A stretch of 64,000 nucleotides of DNA from Malacoraja senta. Its lineage: Eukaryota. Shown piece by piece: positions 1 through 11,500 of this stretch. Within the stretch, counting starts at the first letter, position 1. Each line of letters starts with the position of its first letter. The translations under genes were made by a program, and so were the position numbers. The stretch is taken from NCBI GenBank assembly GCA_038087875.1, contig CM075994.1, positions 10,666,001 to 10,730,000 of the forward strand, read 5' to 3'. Under the pieces are notes generated by a model that ran no database searches, was not told the origin of the DNA, and worked only from the letters and a program-made list of their open reading frames with translations.

Positions 1-160
1 CAGAGCCAGTGCCCCCGCCCAGCGAGTGGGTGAGCTGGAAGCCCCTGCAGGCAGTCGCAGTTCTCCGCCTCCTTCCGCACCACATCCAGCACCGAGTCCA
101 CCAGTTCTGCGCCTTCTGTGTAGTGACCTTTGGCCCAGTTGTTCCCTGCACCACTCTGCC
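1..160 (-). CDS. TUBB: Beta-tubulin exon 4, 5' part (continues past left edge); apparent +1 frameshift at 42-45
   Basis: Minus strand after cag| acceptor (161-162) reads [40 protein letters not shown], then [13 protein letters not shown] in a shifted frame. Confidence 0.93.
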
Positions 161-281
161 CTGTGAAGCAAGCAGACGTGATGTTAACAGGATCTGAAAT
201 CACCACGAGGATAGTAACATCACCACATTTAGTTTCTACATCTGGGATCTGGGGGGGTCCTTGTTCATCATTCAATGAAAG

Positions 282-950
282 TAAGCATTCTGGTACAGCA
301 GGCAGGGAAGAAAGCGAATGATATGTTGACCGTCATAACAAGAGGTGGAATATAGAACCAAAGAGGTCCTCCTGCAGCTGTACAGGCCCCTAGTGAGACC
401 ACACCTGGAGCATTGTGTGCAGTTTTGTCCAGTAATTTGAGGAAGGACATTCTTGCTATTGCGAGAGTGCAGTGTAGGTTCACAAGGTTAATTCCCGGGA
501 TGGCGGGACTGTCATATGCTGAGAGAATGGAGTGGCTGGGCTTGTATACACTGGAATTTAGAAGGATGAGAGGGTATCTTATTGAAACATAAGATTATTA
601 AGGGTTTGGACACGCTAGAGGCAGGAAACATGTTCCCGATGTTGGGGGAGTCCAGAACCAGGGGCCACAGTTTAAGAATAAGGAGCAAGCCATTTAGAAC
701 GGAGACGAGGAAACACTTTTTCTCACAGAGAGTGGTGAGTCTGTGGAATTCTCTGCTCAGAGGGCAGTGGAGGCAGGTTCTCTGGATACTTTCAAGAGAG
801 AGCTAGATAGGGCTCTTAAAAACAGCGGAGTCAGGGGATATGGGGAGAAGGCAGGAACAGGGTACTGATTGGGGATGATCAGCCATGATCACATTGAATG
901 GCGGTGCTGGCTTGAAGGGCCGAATGGCCTACTCCTGCACCTATTGTCTA
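282..950 (+). mobile_element. CR1 LINE 3' fragment
   Basis: Degenerate RT C-terminus (VRPHLEHCVQF, GLYTLEFRRMRG, FPMLGESRTRGHSL) plus CR1 3'UTR. Confidence 0.9.
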
Positions 951-1299
951 CATCTATAGACACCTCACTGTCACATCGCTGCAAACAAGTTATTTTTTTA
1001 CAAAAACCATCAGCCAACATATTAACAAAACTGTTGCTTCACAGTTCCTGTGACTTGGGATCAATGCTGCCTTCCAGTGCTCCGTGGAACGTCCATATGT
1101 TCTTGAATGAATACGTTTATTGGCCAAGTATTCACATACAAGGAATTTGCCTTGGTGCTCCGCCCGCAAGTGACAGCATGACATAGTGACAGTTAGGAAT
1201 GACACATAAAAACATTAATAATAAAACATTATCGATTAAACATGTGAATTAAATAAAATACCTGAGCAAAAGGAGGCTACAGGTTTTTGGTTATTGAGT

Positions 1300-1735
1300 A
1301 GAGCAACTACTTGTGGAAAAAAACAGTTTTTGTCTGTCTGTGGCAGCTTTGACAGTCCGGAGTCGCCTTCCAGAGGAAGTGATTCAAAGAGTTTGTGGCC
1401 AGGGTGAGAGGGTCAGATATGATCTTACGCGCTCGCTTCCTGGCCCTTGCAGTGTACAGTTCGTCAAGGTTCTCAGCTGATGGAGAAGGTGAGGACAGAC
1501 TCTACGATGGCCGTATAGAATTGGACCATCATTGCATGTGGTAGATTGTGCTTCCTCAGCTGCCGCAGGAAGTACATCCTCTGTTGTGCCTTTTTGACTG
1601 TGGAGTCGATGGTAGCCCCCACTTAAGGTCCTTGGAGATGATGATTCCCAGGAACTTAAAAGACTCCACAGATGTGACTGTGGTGTTGTTGCTGGTGTGG
1701 GGTGAGGGGGAGCTCTCCTAAAGTCTACAATCAAA
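1300..1735 (-). mobile_element. Rex/Babar-like LINE RT 3' fragment
   Basis: Degenerate IVDFRR and KAQQRMYFLRQLRK-like motifs across frames. Confidence 0.65.
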
Positions 1736-1750
1736 ATTCCACTGTCTTAG

Positions 1751-1856
1751 GAGCATTGAGAATCTTAAGAGCATGGAAAATCTTAAGAGCATTGAAAATC
1801 TTAAGAGCATGGAAAATCTTAAGAGCATTGAAAATCTTAAGAGCATTGAAAATCTT
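1751..1856. repeat. 18-bp minisatellite, ~6 copies (GAGCATKGAAAATCTTAA)
   Basis: Direct reading of tandem units. Confidence 0.9.
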
Positions 1857-2194
1857 CCATCAAATTTCCCCTATACGAAAAAGTAAAATGATACCCAAAT
1901 CCCTCTCCTCTCCCCCTCCCCACCAGCACTTGGAATAGAAGGCAGTCACATAAACATCAATGAATTTTTGGAACAGGTGCTTTTGAGATATCACAGTGGC
2001 CACAAACAAAGCAAAACATTTTTTAACTTTTTTTAAAAAAAATTTCAAAAACAAAAACAGAATAATGATAAACATAACAATGATATTGATACATAGGGAT
2101 CAGGATTACAATTAATAACTCTAAATACAAGTCAGAAATTAAAAGCAAAATTTAATACACAAGAGAGAAAGTTATAATGGACTTGCCACCTCAC

Positions 2195-2305
2195 CAAACA
2201 CAAAGTTATCCGGTCTAAAGATCTGCCCAAATGGACCGGAACGAACAGAGTCCATGGTGCCAGGCTCCAGGTCAACCAGAATTGCACGAGGAACATATTT
2301 ACCTC
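2195..2305 (-). CDS. TUBB: Beta-tubulin exon 3 (111 bp)
   Basis: [40 protein letters not shown] acceptor 2307-2306, GT donor 2194-2193; canonical vertebrate exon length. Confidence 0.96.
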
Positions 2306-5300
2306 CTGAGCAAGAAGGAAAAGACGTTGAGTAAATATCTTTAAAGATTCTCAACATCTTTCGCACCCTCCCATTACATAGATGCATAGAAAATAGGTGC
2401 AGGAGTAGGCCATTCGGCCCTTCGAGCCTGCAGCGCCATTCAATATGATCATGGCTGATCATCCAACTCAGTATCCCGTACCTGCCTTCTCTCCATACCC
2501 CTGATCCCTTTAGCCACAAGGGCCACATCTAACTCCCTCTTAAATATAGCCAATGAACTGGCCTCAACTACCCTCTGTGGCAGAGAGTTCCAGAGATTCA
2601 CACTCTCTGTGTGAAAAAGTTTTCCTCATCTCGGTCTTAAAGGATTTACCCCTTATCCTTAAGCTGTGACCCCTTGTCCTGGACTTCCCCAACATCGGGA
2701 ACAATCTTCCTGCATCTAGCCTGTCCAACCCCATAAGAATTTTGTACGTTTCTATAAGATCCCCTCTCAATCTCCTAAATTCTAGCGAGTATAAGCCAAG
2801 TCTATCCAGTCTTTCTTCATATGAAAGTCCTGACATCCCAGGAATCAGTCTGGTGAACCTTCTCTGCACTCCCTCTATGGCTATAATGTCCTTCCTCAGA
2901 TTTGGGAGACCAAAACTGTACGCAATATTCCAGGTGTGGTCTCACCAAGACCCTGTACAACTGCAGTAGAACCTCCCTGCTCCTATACTCAAATCCTTTT
3001 GCTATGAAAGCTAACATACCATTCGCTTTCTTCACTGCCTGCTGCACCTGCATGCCTACTTTCAATGACTGGTGTACCATGACACCCAGGTCTCGCTGCA
3101 TCTCCCCATTTCCTAATCGGCCACCATTTAGATAATAGTCTGTTTTCCTGTTTTTGCCACCAAAGTGGATAACCTCACATTTATCCACATTATACTGCAT
3201 CTGCCAAACATTTGCCCACTCACGCAGCTTATCCAAGTCACCTTGCCGTCTCCTAGCATCCTCCTCACAGCTAACACTGCCCCCCAGCTTAGTGTCATCC
3301 GCAAACTTGGAGATGTTGCCTTCAATTCCCTCATCCAGTTCATTAATATAAATTGTAAATAGCTGGGGTCCCAATACTGAGCCTTGCGGTACCCCACTAG
3401 TCACTGCCTGCCATTGTGAAAAGGACCCGTTTACTCCTGCTCTTTGCTTCCTGTTTGCCAGCCAGTTCTCTATCCACATCAATACTGAACCCCCAATACC
3501 GTGTGCTTTAAATTTGTATACTAATCTCTTATGTGGTACCTTGTCGAAAGCCTTCTGAAAGTCCAGATACAACACATGCACTGGTTCTCCCCTATCCACT
3601 CTACTAGTTACATCCTCGAAAAATTCTATAAGATTCGTCAGACACAATTTACCTTTCGTAAATCCATGCTGACTTTGTCCAATGATTTCACCACTTTCCA
3701 AATGTGCTGCTATCCCATCTTTAATAACTGACTCTAGCAGTTTCCCCACTAACGATGTTAGACTGACTGGTCTGTAATTCCCCGTTTTCTCTCTCCCTCC
3801 CTTCTTAAAAAGTGGGGTTACGTTTGCTACCCTCCAATCCTCAGGAACTACTCCAGAATCTAAAGAGTTTTGAAAAATTATCACTAATGCTTCCACTATT
3901 TCTGGAGCTACTTCCTTAAGTACTCTGGGATGCAGCCTATCTGGCCCTGGTGATTTATCAGCCTTTAATCCATTCAATTTACCCAACACCACTTGCCGAC
4001 TAACCTGGATTTCACTCAGTTCCTCCATCTCCTTTGACCCGCGGCCCCCTGCTATTTCCGGCAGATTATTTATGTCTTCCTTAGTGAAGACGGAACCAAA
4101 GTAGTTATTCAATTGGTCCGCCATATCCTTGTTCCCCATGATCAATTCACCTGTTTCTGACTGCAAGGGACCTACATTGTTTTAACTAATCTCTTTCTCT
4201 TCCCATATATATAAAACTTTTGCAGTCAGTTTTTATGTTCCCTGCCAGTTTTGTTTCATAATCTATTTTCCCTTTCCTAATTAAGCCCTTTGTCCTCCTC
4301 TGCTCGTCTCTGAATTTCTCCCAGTCCTCTGGTATGCTGCTTTTTCTGGCTAATTTGTACGCATCATCTTTTGCTTTGATACTATCCCTGATTTCCCTTG
4401 TTATCCACAGATCCACAGATGCACTACCTTCCCTGATTTATTCTTTTGCCAAACTGGGATGAACAATTTTTGTAGTTCATCCATGCAGTCTTTAAATGCC
4501 TTCCATTGCATATCCACCGTCAACCCTTTTAGAACTAATTGCCAGTCAATCTTGGCCAATTCACGTCTCATACCCTCAAAGTTACCTTTCTTTAAGTTCA
4601 GAACCGTTGTTTCTGAATTAACAATGTCACTCTCCATCCTAATGAAGAACTCAACCATATTATGGTCACTCTTGCCCAAGGGGGCACGCACAACAAGACT
4701 GCTAACTAACCCTTCCTCATCTCTCGTTGGTTCCTCTACATGTTGGTTTAGATAACTATCCCGCATACATTCCAAGAAATCCTCTTCCTCAGCACCCCTG
4801 CCAATTTAATTCACCCAATCTATATGTAGATTGAAGTCACCCATTATAACTGTTTTGCCTTTGTTGCACGCATTCTAATTTCCTGTTTGATGCCATCCCC
4901 AACTTCACTACTACTGCTAGGTGGCCTGTACACAACGCCCACCAGCGTTTTCTGCCCCATAGTGTTTCGCAGCTCTACCCATACCGATTCCACATCCTCC
5001 AAACTAATGTCCTTCCTTTCCACTGCGTTAATCTCCTCTCTAACCAGCAACGCTACCCCACCTCCTTTTCCTTTCTCTCTATCCCTCCTGAATATTGAAT
5101 ATCCCTGGATGTTCAGCTCCCAGCCTTGGTCACCCTGGAGCCATGTCTCCGTGATCCCAACTATATCATAATCATTAATTGCTATCTGCACGTTCAACTC
5201 ATCCACCTTATTACGAATGCTCCTTGCATTGAGACACAAAGTCTTCAGGCTTGTTTTTACAACGCTCTTACCCCTTATACAATTATGTTGAAAAGTGGCC

Positions 5301-6430
5301 CTTTTTGATTTTGCCCTGGATTTGTCTGCCTGCCACTTTTCACCTTGCTACCTATTGCTTCCACCCACATTTTACACCCCTCTGTTTCTCTGCTCACCCA
5401 TTTAAGAACCCCACCACCTCTTATTCTCTGTTTATTATTGTTTTCTTCTGAGTCTGAGTGCTTTCCTTCTCTGCCTCCTGCCTCACACACTGTCTAATAG
5501 CTTTCTCTATTTGAGTCCTCCCCCAACCATTCTAGTTTAAAGTCTCCCCAGTAGCCTTTGCAGATCTCCCCGCCAGGATATCGGTCCCCCTCAGGTTCAA
5601 GTGCAACCATCCATTTTGTACAGGTCGCACCTTCCACAAAAGAGGTCCCAATGATCCAGAAATTTGAATCCCTGCCCTCTGCACCAGTCCTTCAGCCACG
5701 CATTTATCCTCCACCTCGCTCCATTCCTACTCTCACTGTCGCGTGCCACAGGCAGTAATCCCGAGATTGTTACCTTTGCTGTCCTCTTTAACTCCCCTCC
5801 TAACTCCCTAAATTCTCCTTTCAGGACCTCTTCTCTTTTTTTACCCATGTCATTGGTAGCTATATGTACCACGACCTCGGGCTCCTCTCCTGCCCTTTCA
5901 GGATATCTTGGACACGTTGAGACACATCGCAGACCCTGGCACCAGGGAGGCAAACTACCATCCGGGTCTCCCGACTGCGTCCACAGAATCGCCTGTCTGA
6001 CCCCCTAACTATAGAGTCCCTAATAGTATTGCCCTCCTCTTCTTTTCCTTACCTTCTGAGCAACAGGGCCGGTCTCTATACCGGAGGCCCAGCCGCTGTC
6101 GCTACCCCCAGGTAGGCTGTCCCCCCAACAGTGCTCAAACAGGAGTACTTATTGTCAAGGTGTACAGCCACAGGGGTACTCTCTAGTCCCTGCCTGTGCC
6201 CCTTGCCTCTCCCAACCGTGATCCATTTGCCTGCCTCCTGTGGTCTTGGAGTGACCACCTCCCTGTAACTCCTCTCAATGACTTCCTCGCTCTCCCTGAC
6301 CAGACGGAGGTCATCGAGCTGCTGCTCCAGGTTCCTAATACGGTCCATTAGGAGCCCCATCTCGACACACCTGGCGCAGATGTGGACGTCTGGAGGGCTA
6401 TCAGACTCCATGACTTCCCACATCCGACAA

Positions 6431-6801
6431 CCAGAACAGTAAACTGCCCTGGCCCTCATACTCCCCTTACCCTGGATACAATACATCTGACATCCAGAAC
6501 AGTAACTGCCCCGGCCCTCATACTCCCCTTACCCTGGATACAATACATCTGACATCTAGAACAGTAAACTGCCCTGGCCCTCGTACTCCCCTTACCCTGG
6601 ATACAATACATCTGACATCCAGAACAGTAAACTGCCCTGGCCCTCATTCCCCCCCCTTACACTGGATACAATACATCTGACATTCAGAACAGTAAACTGC
6701 CCTGGCCCTCATACTCCCCCCTTACCCTGGATACAATACATCTGACATCCAGAACAGTAACTGCCCTGGCCCTCATACTCCCCTTACCCTGGATACAATA
6801 C
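6431..6801 (-). repeat. ~63-bp tandem repeat x6 spanning the CR1 ORF1 start
   Basis: Unit CCAGAACAGTAAACTGCCCTGGCCCTCATACTCCCCTTACCCTGGATACAATACATCTGACAT; minus strand reads MRARAVYCSGCQMYCIQGKGS. Confidence 0.92.
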
Positions 6802-6943
6802 AAAACAAACTGCTACAATACGGTGCAATCAGCAGGGATCTGACTCCCAATCAGCTGCTCCCTCTTGTCTGCTTCCACCAATCAGCGGCTTCCTTAAGCC
6901 CACTTGGTTTGAAGTGGAACTTGGAACGTTGCAGATTTTGGTT

Positions 6944-7262
6944 CCTCCTCCCTCTGCGACCGACCGCTCCAACGGCTCTCGGGCCTCTGTAAGGAACAAG
7001 CAAGCCCCGCGCTCCACTTTATCCCCTACCGCTCGGGTGTAGCTCCTCCCTCTGCGACCGCTCCAATGGCTCTCGGGCCTCTGTAAGGAACAAGCAAGCC
7101 CCGCGCTCCACTTTATCCCCTACCGCTCGGGTGTAGCTCCTCCCTCTGCGACCTCTCCAACGGCTCTCGGGCTCTGTAAGGAACAAGCAAGCCCGCGCTC
7201 CACTTTATCCCCTACCGCTCGGGTGTAGCTCCTCCCTCTGCGACCTCTCCAACGGCTCTCGG
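6944..7262 (-). repeat. ~93-97-bp tandem repeat (~3.4 copies) in CR1 5' region
   Basis: Repeated CTCCTCCCTCTGCGACC...GGAACAAGCAAGCCC...CTCGGGTGTAG units. Confidence 0.88.
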
Positions 7263-7599
7263 ACTGGGTTAAGCAGAAAAGTCCAATAAAAACCCACTGT
7301 CCCACCCCCCCCCCCCTGTGTAAACCAAAAAAAACCACACCTTTTCATGCCCATTGCTAATGAAATTTAAAAAAACACCCACATATGGTGACTGTAGTCC
7401 CACCATAACTATGCAGTCAATTTTCCATGCACGAGTCACATGTTAAAACTTTTCCAACAGGAGTTGTGAATCTGTGGAATTCTCTGCCACAGAAGGCAGT
7501 GGAGGCCAATTCACTGGGTGTTTTCAAGAGAGTTAGATTCAGCTCTTAGGGCCTTGTACCTTGCAAAGAGTCCACGAGGGACTAAACTGCAAGTTGGAC

Positions 7600-7823
7600 A
7601 ATTTTATACAGGACAATTTTTTACATTTATCAAGCCAATTAATCAACCTATGCGTCTTTGGAATGTGGGAGGAAAGCGAAGATCTCGGAGAAAACCTACG
7701 CAGGTCAGGGGGAAATGTACAAACTCCGCACAGACAGCGCATCACCCGTAGTCAGGATCGAACCTGGGTCTCCGACGCTGCGTTTTGCTGTAAGGCAGCA
7801 ACTCTACCGCTGCTCCACTGTGA
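7600..7823 (-). mobile_element. tRNA-derived SINE inside a CR1 3' fragment (~7455-7965)
   Basis: Minus strand has A-box-like GTGGAGCAGCGG and B-box GGTTCGATCC; flanks are CR1 3' sequence. Confidence 0.75.
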
Positions 7824-8531
7824 CTGATGGAATCAAGGGATTTGGGGGGGGGGGGGGAGAAAGCAGGAACGGGATACTGGTTTTGGATGATCAGCCATGA
7901 TCATATTGAATGGCGATGCTGGCACAAAGGGCCGAATGGCCTACTCCTGCACCTGTTTTCTATGTCTGTTACTGTAGGCTAAATTAGCCCTCAGCTACTC
8001 TCAATTACCCACATTTCCAAACCATTCGATGAACAGCATATCACAGAAATTAACTTGTGCAACAGTTAGTTCTGCCTCCTAATTGCATATGTCTTCATTC
8101 AAGCTCCTAGCCACATCCTATGTGGACGGCAACAGAATGGGCACCTGTGCAAGAAACTGCTTGAGTTTGGGATTTACAAAGAGAACCAAGAGAGCTCTTC
8201 GAGAAGCAATGAAATGACCAGGCAGAGAAAAAACACCTCCAAAGCATGATGAATGGAGATTACCACAAACTTTTTCCCACCCACTCCCCAAGTCACCACC
8301 AGAACTCCCAAATGAAGCTACTCCATGGTCAATAAGATGGACAAATACAGGCATGACATTCACCTCCAGAAAAAAAAGTAGGAAGTATTGGCCAGGGGTC
8401 CAGGAGGCCGGTTAGGCTCCTCCAGTGGGGGTTCAGGTGGCTCCTGCATTTTCAATAAATTGAAAGTGATTCCCAAGCTTTCTGCTGGTAGTTTACATAA
8501 CAGAAGCTTAGAATTTTTGTAACACATAACC

Positions 8532-11500
8532 AGTAAAATAGTAAGATTAAACGAGAACTTACCTAAGTTTGAAGTTTGATCTTTATTTTATGAGTAGTTA
8601 CGTAGTTACGTGCGCCTGCGCGTCAATCTTCAAAGCAGCGGTGTGAAATCACAAAAAACAACAACCGAAGTAATATAGTCTCATAATAAAACGAGTACTA
8701 CAAGAACTTCCATCTGACCTTTATGATAGAGGGTAGGGTCGTGCCGGGCACGTAATCACCTACGTAACTCATAAAATAAAGATCAAACTTCAAACTTAGG
8801 TAAGTTCTCGTTTAATCTTACTATTTTACTTCTGAGTCACGTGAGTGACTACGTGAAGATTTTAAAGCTTTGTGATTTCATGCCGTGGATCAATCCGGCT
8901 TCTCACTGCATAGATTGACTCGGAACTAGAATAATCAATCATGCATTCATAATAACATTTGTACCACAAATGCAGTAATTCATTTCAATAATGAAATTAA
9001 TCAGATCCCCTTTAAACCAGAGGAATTTACACAGAACTTAAAATAGTTTCTGCACACAATCCCGCATTAACAATAGGCCGATGGTAAAAATGTTGAAACA
9101 TCAACTCATTGGACCATCTGGCGGCTGCGAGGATATGGTCGACGGGGACATCTTATGCCCTGGCCGCCGACTTTTCTGCTGCCCTAGTCGAGTGAGACGT
9201 AAAAACATAAGTGTTAATACCAGCAGCTGTTATGACTTCTTTTATCCATCAGGAAATAGTCTGTATTGAAACTCTCTTGTGTGTGATTAACAACCCAGTT
9301 TCCGTATTTCTTAAATTTTTGTGACCTCAATGCATTGTCAAATATGTCTTAACACAGAGACAAGGATCATTTGGATATGCTGCTAGCATAATTTTAAATC
9401 CTGTCACACCTGGCCTAATTTGCTTTAATAGGTCATAGATATAGAATGTAACATTGTCTTCAGTTACTTCCATAGTGTCTATTTGTAATTTTCCAAGTGT
9501 TTCCACTCGTTGTGCTGTCACTCATGCCATAAGCATGAATACTTTCATGCTGAGCTTGACCAAAGGTAAAGACACACTTGGTGACCATTCACGAAGTAGT
9601 TTCAGTACCACACTTACATCCAAGATTGTCATGTACCTAGGTTTCGGTGGTTTGGAATTAAAGATTCCTTTCATTAGTCTGGAAAGAATTGGGTGTGACC
9701 CAATTGGGTTTATTTCTGAATCCAGAACCAAATATGAGGGCAATGCACTTATTGCTGAATTAATTGCACTACAACTCAGACCTTCATCATAATAGAGTTT
9801 TGACAGATTTTCTAAACATTTGAAATATCTGCAGTACTATATTGCACATTCTTTTGTACACAGAACTTTTCCCATTTCTTAATATAAGGTACTGTTTTTT
9901 GAGTGCTCTTCCTCCAGACTGCCATAAGCATGTCCACAGTACGCTCAGACAGTCCTCGCACCAGAAAAGGCCTTCTTAAACCTGCAAATCAACAAATCCA
10001 AGCGATCATATAATGGATGTTGTTTCCCTGTTACAGGGTGCAGCAATAAATTACTCCTTTTTGGGACTTTCATCAACATTTGTGTTGTTAATTCTAATAT
10101 CAACGGATACCATGGCTGTGTAGGCCAATCTGGTATTACCAATACACCTGAATCAGCATCTTGCCTGACTTTAAGCAAACACTGGCTTATAAGGCAGAAA
10201 AGTGGAAATATATATGACAACATACCACTCCAATGTAGCGAGAAAGAATCAATCGCCACTGCTCCTGGATCTGATTCACATGAGACATATCTCGATAGCT
10301 GATGATTCAGTCTAGATGTAAACAAGTCAATGTTGGGCATTCCAAATCTGATTACTATATCATTGAATACCTCTCGATTCAACATCCATTCTTATTATCA
10401 TGGAACTTTCGTGACCTGGTGTCTGCTATCGTGTTTATTCTACCTGGTAGATAGATAGCTGAAATCCAAATATTCTTTTCAATACACCCAGTCCAAAGTT
10501 CATTAGCCATTTTTTCACATGACCCCGACTTGATTTCATCCATATCATTAATATAGGCAATTGCTGTTGTGTTTATCAATCTGAACTTGAACATGCCTTT
10601 TAGTTGTGTTAGAACAATAACCTTGGAGTCCATAGAAACATCCTAAAACTCCAAATAGTTAACTGCCCATGTCTGCAGTAACAATGACTCTTCCTGATTC
10701 CATCTGCCTCCGCAGCTAGATGCTAAGTCAGTTTCACCCCATCCTAGTGTACTGGCATCTGTTTGTAATATCATGGAAGGTTTGTTCAATCAGCACTCTG
10801 CTGGAACTGCTTGAGACATGTAGAATCCACCACTGCAGATCAGAAACAGCATTTGTTGTCAGTTGCATGGTTCTATCAAAATGACCAACATGCATTCTCA
10901 GTGCCTGTTCTTTAACTCTCTTCAGCTGTTGATAATGTAATGGTCCGAATTGGACTGCTGGGAATGCTGCTACTAATTTTCCCAGTACTCGAGCCACCCG
11001 TCTGATTGAGGGTTTTTGCTCGTTTACCAGATTACTGCAATCTTTAATCAACTCCACCCTTTTTTCACTGGGCAAAGTAATTTTCATTTGGACTGAATCT
11101 ATTGTGAACCCCAAATAATCAATCGAGGTACATGGTGTTAACCTTGATTCCTTTGGATGAATTAGAAACCCCAAACTTTCAAAAGTTGATTTCACAACTG
11201 CCACAGATGCTTCTGTTGACTGTTTTGTCCTTCCTATAATCAGGACATCATCCAAAATATGCCATTAGTACATGCCCCTGGCTTCTTAGCAACCCCAGAA
11301 TTGGTTTTAATAATTTTGTGAATATTCTGGGAGCGGACGTTAACCCATAAGGCAAAGCTTTGAACTGCCATAACTGGTTCATCCATGTAAATTTAAGATA
11401 CTGAATATGTATCTTTTAAATCTATAGTTGCCATATGACATGCTTCTGAAATAAGTTGTTTGGCAGTCACAAATGTCTCTTTTTAAAATGTTTAAATTAA

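Larger units (their letters stand above)
2377..7290 (-). mobile_element. Near full-length CR1 LINE in tubulin intron 2, frameshifted
   Basis: ORF1 zinc finger/coiled coil (6076-6486) and SGNH esterase (VVHIATND, 5532-5953); APE endonuclease (CLNARSI, GITETW, 4844-5239); RT ([14 protein letters not shown], 2817-4166); CTATG-type tail near 2377-2392; 5' end approximate. Confidence 0.93.

Noticed and set aside
2172..2528. ORF fusing CR1 sequence to tubulin
   Set aside because: Chance read-through from the intron into exon 3; the true exon is bounded by AG/GT at 2305-2195
6431..7262. Regular repeats resembling a CRISPR array
   Set aside because: Head-to-tail tandem units without unique spacers, inside a CR1 LINE in a eukaryotic locus, with no cas genes
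9945..10385. Stand-alone DNA methyltransferase gene
   Set aside because: It is the MT-like domain normally found after RNase H in DIRS1 pol
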